Of a DNA stretch of 41,579 nt, positions 38,032-41,579 are shown piece by piece. Source of the stretch: Sphaerochaetaceae bacterium (GTDB lineage Bacteria > Spirochaetota > Spirochaetia > Sphaerochaetales > Sphaerochaetaceae). A program made the position numbers and the translations under genes. The notes under the pieces were generated by a model, which worked only from the letters and a program-made list of their open reading frames with translations, did not search any database and was not told where the DNA came from. Each line of letters begins with the position of its first letter. Position 1 is the first letter of the stretch. The stretch is taken from NCBI GenBank assembly GCA_023231265.1, contig JALNVT010000001.1:1-41579 (forward strand), read 5' to 3'.

Positions 38032-38145
38032 ATGTTTACCTACTTTAATTATTTCAAGATTAATATAATAAAAAAAATAATAAAAATCTAGTGTTACGTA
38101 TATCCTTAATTGGCTAATTAGAGAAAAAAGTAACACTACATGTAG

Positions 38146-38967
38146 TTATTTGCTTAGATTCTTGATCAATGCAATTTCTTTTTTATATCCATTAAGTTCA
38201 TTTGGTGTTTCTAGTATGAAAGGGAGACTTTTTAATCTTGGATGATTTACAATGTGCTCAATAGCATCAATACCTATATTCCCTTCACCTAATTTTTCAT
38301 GCCTGTCTTTATGTGAATTCAATGTGTTCTTGCTGTCATTCAGATGGATTGCCTTTAAATTTTCAATTCCAAGAGTTCTATCAAAGTTATCGATTACAAG
38401 ATCAAGCTCTGTTCTTATATCATATCCACCATCAAAAATATGACAGGTATCAAGGACATAACCAATTTTGTCCTTCCTATCAATTCGATCATAGATTGCC
38501 TTGAGCTCATCAAAAGTTCGACCCATCTCTGTTCCTTTCCCACTCATTGTTTCAAGACAGAAAGTAACAGGAGTATCAACTTTCAGTATTTCATTTATAC
38601 CATCTGCAATTTGAATTATTCCAATATCTGCTCCCTGCTGAGTATGTGATCCTGGGTGAATATTGTAATATGGACAGCCAATTGTAGTCAGTCGCTGCAA
38701 GTCGTCCTTTATTATATCAACAGCCAGTTCTCTTAAATCTTCTCTTTTTGAGCATAAGTTTAAAATGTATGGAGCATGAGCTACATATGGGGTATTCCAT
38801 ATTTCTTTGAATTTTGTTATATCTTCTAAGTCCAACGCTTTAGCTTTTGTTCCACGAGGGTTTCTTGTGAAGAATTGAAATGTTGTGGCTCCAAGTTCCA
38901 TTGCTTGTTTTGCCATTGCTTCATATCCTTTACTGCTGGATAGATGGCATCCTATTAGTTTTTTCAT
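38146..38967 (-). CDS. nfo: Endonuclease IV (AP endonuclease)
   Basis: TIM-barrel Nfo motifs: HAPYILNL, NIHPGSH, CLETMSGKG, LDTCHIFDGGYD, and IHLNDSK...DRHE.LGEG.IG. Confidence 0.92.
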   Translation of the reverse strand: MKKLIGCHLSSSKGYEAMAKQAMELGATTFQFFTRNPRGTKAKALDLEDITKFKEIWNTPYVAHAPYILNLCSKREDLRELAVDIIKDDLQRLTTIGCPYYNIHPGSHTQQGADIGIIQIADGINEILKVDTPVTFCLETMSGKGTEMGRTFDELKAIYDRIDRKDKIGYVLDTCHIFDGGYDIRTELDLVIDNFDRTLGIENLKAIHLNDSKNTLNSHKDRHEKLGEGNIGIDAIEHIVNHPRLKSLPFILETPNELNGYKKEIALIKNLSK

Positions 38968-39147
38968 AAATGTTAATCCTTAGGTTAAGATTACTAAATA
39001 TAAATAATAAATCCAGTAGATTTGCTATAAAAACGTGTTTTTTGGACCTAAATTAATTTTATTTGAAACAAAGTGTACTTTTTGTACAAAATATGTTGCA
39101 AATTTTTATAAAATGTGATTATATTAACAAAGTAATGGAGGCATTAT

Positions 39148-39801
39148 ATGGCAGAATCAGTTAGCAGTTGTGTAAAAAGAATTATAGACAAAACACCTTT
39201 TATTCACGAAATGTTGGTGAGAGGTATTCTTTCTTTCAGTAATTATGCCTCATCAATCAAACAAGAGGTCGAAGAGAGCTATGGTAAAAGTGTAAAGCAC
39301 AGTGCTATAGTTATGGCTATTCGCCGTTATGGTGAGGAGCTCAAAGTTAGAGATAGTGTAGAAAAGAAAATAAATGTTGATTATGAAATTGTCATGAAGA
39401 CAAAAATCTGTGATTTAAACATTGTTCGTAATGATAAGTTCATCTCAAAACTCTCAAAATTATATAATGAAGTTTCAACTGAAAAAGGTGATTTCCTGAA
39501 TGTTTCTTTGGGATCACATGAAATATCTGTTTCTGTCAGTGAGAAATATAAAAATATAGTTGATGAAATCGCTATTGGCGAGGAAATCCTTCATCAGAAA
39601 GATGATCTTGTAGCTCTGTCTCTTGTATTTTCAGGAGAGTTCATGGCAACACCAGGTATTGTATATGAAGCTGTAAGAAAACTTGCTTGGGAAGTAATCA
39701 ACGTAATCGAGATAGTTTCAACAAAAAGTGAGCTCACTTTTGTTATAAATAGAGAAGATTCAATGAGAGCATTTGATGTGTTGCAGTCTTTTCTAGTATA
39801 A
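39148..39801 (+). CDS. Hypothetical protein with tandem ACT-like (aspartokinase regulatory-domain-like) C-terminal region
   Basis: Good SD (GGAGG). The C-terminal LVALSLVFSGEFMATPGIVYEAVRKLAWEVINVIEIVSTKSELTFVINREDSMRAFDVLQSF resembles the aspartokinase ACT repeat pattern (VS.VG.GM...PG......F..L....INI.MIS.SE..IS.VI...D...A...LH..F). No kinase domain is present. Confidence 0.4.
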   Translation: MAESVSSCVKRIIDKTPFIHEMLVRGILSFSNYASSIKQEVEESYGKSVKHSAIVMAIRRYGEELKVRDSVEKKINVDYEIVMKTKICDLNIVRNDKFISKLSKLYNEVSTEKGDFLNVSLGSHEISVSVSEKYKNIVDEIAIGEEILHQKDDLVALSLVFSGEFMATPGIVYEAVRKLAWEVINVIEIVSTKSELTFVINREDSMRAFDVLQSFLV

Positions 39802-39809
39802 TTTAAAAC

Positions 39810-40304
39810 ATGCAAGTAACTATCATAAGCGCAGAAATAAATTCAGGAAAAACAACCTATGCCAAGCATTTAATTGAGGGGCATGAGATGGAGTATCTTG
39901 GATTTCTTTCTTTATCAGACTCTCTAAAAAAAGAATTTTATCTGCAGGACATAAATGACCGAAAGAAAATTCTTATAATGAGTGAGAGTGGCAATGATGC
40001 ATATGAAAAGCTTGGAAGATTTTATCTGGACCCCAATGGCTTCGATATTGCTTTCAATTCATTGATTGAAGAGATCAACAATTCTTCAGATAATAAAACT
40101 GTGCTTATAGATGAGGTCGGAAGACTGGAGTTGCGAGGAAAGGGGTTCAATGCTCTTATAAACAAACTTATAGAGATGGATATAGATTTATTGCTCTGCG
40201 TGAGAAAGTCCTTTGTGCGTGAGGTTATTGAAAAATATGGATTCACAAACTGCAAGGTCATCAATGTAGAGTATGATGAATCATTTCGAAAATCTAATGC
40301 ATAA
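39810..40304 (+). CDS. P-loop NTPase, THEP1/NTPase_1-like
   Basis: Walker A SAEINSGKTT, Walker B plus signature VLIDEVGRLELRG (cf. IDEIGKMEL), and small size (164 aa). It lies 8 nt after the preceding gene with no obvious SD, so coupling is possible. Confidence 0.6.
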   Translation: MQVTIISAEINSGKTTYAKHLIEGHEMEYLGFLSLSDSLKKEFYLQDINDRKKILIMSESGNDAYEKLGRFYLDPNGFDIAFNSLIEEINNSSDNKTVLIDEVGRLELRGKGFNALINKLIEMDIDLLLCVRKSFVREVIEKYGFTNCKVINVEYDESFRKSNA

Positions 40305-40318
40305 ATTAATTTGGATAT

Positions 40319-40352
40319 AAAAAAAAGAGGAAGTTATAACATCCTCTTTTTT
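40319..40352. terminator. Bidirectional rho-independent terminator
   Basis: AAAAGAGGA / TCCTCTTTT perfect 9-bp stem, 10-nt loop, with an A-run on one side and a T-run on the other. It lies between convergent genes (NTPase + / Hc1-like -). Confidence 0.8.
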
Positions 40353-40366
40353 AATACAGACATAGC

Positions 40367-40546
40367 TTAAGCCATATTGTTTTTTTCTTCCATAATTTCT
40401 TTTCTGCGGATTTTGCAAAGATTAGAAATCTCTGAAAGAGCTTTTCTTGCACGTGCAGCAGATGCCTTTACACCTTTTTCTGTAAATTTAGCATTTTCTG
40501 CTTCGTAAGTTTCAACCTGAGCTAAGAGTTCTTCACTAGTAGTCAT
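40367..40546 (-). CDS. 59-aa Hc1 / bacterial histone-H1-like small nucleoid protein candidate
   Basis: Not in the ORF track (59 aa). ATG lies 6 nt after GGAGG. It translates to MTTSEELLAQVETYEAENAKFTEKGVKASAARARKALSEISNLCKIRRKEIMEEKNNMA. The EKG.KA.A.RARK....I..L.K..RKE core resembles the N-terminal domain of chlamydial Hc1 and the ~60-aa proteins annotated histone H1 in Bacteroidetes. It is followed by a strong terminator. Confidence 0.6.
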   Translation of the reverse strand: MTTSEELLAQVETYEAENAKFTEKGVKASAARARKALSEISNLCKIRRKEIMEEKNNMA

Positions 40547-41001
40547 TTAAGGCCTCCAATTTATTTGATAGATTAATATTATCATATATGTGGTAAAAAG
40601 CAACAAAAAAAGAATGAATAACAAGCAAAAAACCCTTTTTTTTGGTTTAAATAAGCGATTTTAAAGAAAATGAAAGAATTCTATACATCAAAAATAGGTT
40701 TGAATATGAATTATAAGATTTCTTTTGGATTAAAGTTTTATTAACTTTTGAATTCTTAAATGAGTGCAGTTGAATCAATACATTTGAGTTTTACTCATTT
40801 TTTAGCATAATAACAATTTCCAATTACATAAAAATAGTTTGATTGATTTTAGATATTCAACAGTCTAACTGAAATGTTTTTAAAGAAATTGTTCAGTAAA
40901 ATCAAACGAATTGCAGCATCTATTGATTAAAAACAGTCTCAAACAACACACAGAAAAAGTATCAAGAGCCGTTTTTTCAAATTATAATTTTGATGAGATA
41001 C

Positions 41002-41030
41002 AAAAAAAACTTCTTCATAATAGAAGAAGT
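41002..41030 (-). terminator. Rho-independent terminator of tRNA-Tyr
   Basis: On the - strand, 5 nt after the tRNA 3' end: ACTTCTTC / GAAGAAGT perfect 8-bp stem, 6-nt loop, then T8. Confidence 0.75.
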
Positions 41031-41035
41031 TTGAT

Positions 41036-41117
41036 TGGGGAGAGAAGGATTCGAACCTTCGAAGGCGTAGCCAACAGATTTACAGTCTGGCCCCTTTGAC
41101 CGCTCGGGAACCTCCCC
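41036..41117 (-). tRNA. tRNA-Tyr (anticodon GTA), class II with long variable arm, CCA not encoded
   Basis: The reverse complement reads GGGGAGGTTCCCGAGCGGTCAAAGGGGCCAGACTGTAAATCTGTTGGCTACGCCTTCGAAGGTTCGAATCCTTCTCTCCCCA. It has a 7-bp acceptor stem (one G-U), anticodon loop CTGTAAA, variable-arm stem GGC/GCC, and T-arm GAAGG-TTCGAAT-CCTTC. It is near-identical in layout to E. coli tRNA-Tyr. One 27-43 mismatch occurs in the anticodon stem. Confidence 0.92.
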
Positions 41118-41152
41118 GGTCATACCATTGCTTTCGCTCAAGTACAAGTAGG

Positions 41153-41181
41153 AATATAATGCAAAAATTGAATTGGGTCAA
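41153..41181 (-). promoter_or_regulatory. Near-consensus sigma70 promoter for tRNA-Tyr
   Basis: On the - strand: TTGACC (41181-41176), exactly 17-nt spacer, TATATT (41158-41153). This predicts a ~30-nt leader before tRNA position 1. Confidence 0.55.
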
Positions 41182-41440
41182 TAACTTTCTTTGAAAGTTT
41201 TTTTATTTTTAAATTGCAAATTAAGTATTTTTTATATGATTTAAATATTAGATATAATAACTGGATTATATTTCATTGATATCAACTGTTTTATCAATTT
41301 TATGTGATTGCATTTATCTTGAATTTGAATAAAAAATATTCCTACCATATATGAAGACTTCTCTATTAAGATTTATCTGTTATATATGCTAGGAAATTTA
41401 AAATTTCAATACAATCAAGTATTGAGAGAAAGATTGATTA

Positions 41441-41579
41441 TTAGTTGTTAAAGGCCTCTAAAAAAGTAGCAACAGTTTCATTAACAACTGCCATCTTTAT
41501 GTCTGTTTTATCACTATAAAAACCGTAAGAGTGAGAATCGCCAGTAACAGCAACGGCAGATGCACCTAATTTTTCAGCT
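41441..41579 (-). CDS. 3' end of a gene truncated by the window edge, function not assignable
   Basis: Open frame running to the window edge encodes ...AEKLGASAVAVTGDSHSYGFYSDKTDIKMAVVNETVATFLEAFNN* (stop TAA at 41441-41443). Codon usage is similar to its neighbours. Only 45 residues are visible. Confidence 0.4.
   Translation of the reverse strand, partial: AEKLGASAVAVTGDSHSYGFYSDKTDIKMAVVNETVATFLEAFNN

Noticed and set aside
38032-38136. 35-codon N-terminal extension of the nrdR ORF in the track (MLLFSLISQLRIYVTLDFYYFFYYINLEIIKVGKH)
   Set aside because: NrdR proteins start at the zinc ribbon MRCPxCG. The extension is AT-rich intergenic readthrough with implausible F/Y/I composition. The true start is ATG 38031.
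40911-41099. 62-aa + strand ORF
   Set aside because: Its 3' third is the antisense of tRNA-Tyr and its terminator. It has a TTG start with no SD, and is a by-product of AT-rich sequence.
1-41579. CRISPR arrays, IS elements, integrases, toxin-antitoxin pairs or known defence systems
   Set aside because: None found. There are no spaced direct repeats, no transposase/integrase/recombinase motifs and no restriction-modification or abortive-infection signatures in any frame.

Overview
AT-rich bacterial chromosomal window made up almost entirely of conserved housekeeping genes. I see no CRISPR array, transposase, integrase or prophage signature. The + strand carries metG, a secreted protein, a FemAB-type transferase, then a micro-ORF followed by rpsF-ssb-rpsR-(YybS-like membrane protein)-rplI-dnaB. 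It also carries an aroD/aroE fusion, a large cytoplasmic multi-PAS hybrid histidine kinase, a dGTPase-like HD protein, a phosphohexomutase, and an ACT-like protein plus THEP1-like NTPase pair. The - strand carries murD, a radical SAM/SPASM enzyme, and a long operon rpsB-tsf-frr-uppS-cdsA-dxr-rseP-MBL hydrolase preceded by an ABC-F ATPase and maf. It also carries a (membrane protein)-aroK-aroC-XPB helicase-(678-aa partner) gene string, nrdR, nfo, a small Hc1-like gene, tRNA-Tyr and a truncated ORF at the right edge. The gene order looks spirochaete-like (Treponema-type): tsf-frr without pyrH, the rpsF..dnaB cluster, an XPB homologue and a FemAB enzyme. That taxonomic call is inference from memory, not a search. 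Two probable genes fall below the 60-aa cutoff of the ORF track: a 30-codon bS22-like basic peptide at 6500..6592 and a 59-codon Hc1/histone-H1-like protein at 40367..40546. Several track ORFs have over-extended N-termini, which I corrected using Shine-Dalgarno positions and homologue N-termini. The most interesting candidate is the XPB/ERCC3-type helicase with its large p52/Tfb2-like (Helicase_C_3-like) partner, apparently translationally coupled to shikimate-pathway genes. Lesser items are a T8G8 homopolymer tract with adjacent palindromes upstream of the orphan hybrid kinase, an NrdR-box-like palindrome upstream of nrdR, an uncharacterised radical SAM enzyme, and low-complexity charged extensions on several translation proteins. 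Everything rests on by-eye motif recognition. No database search or folding computation was run.
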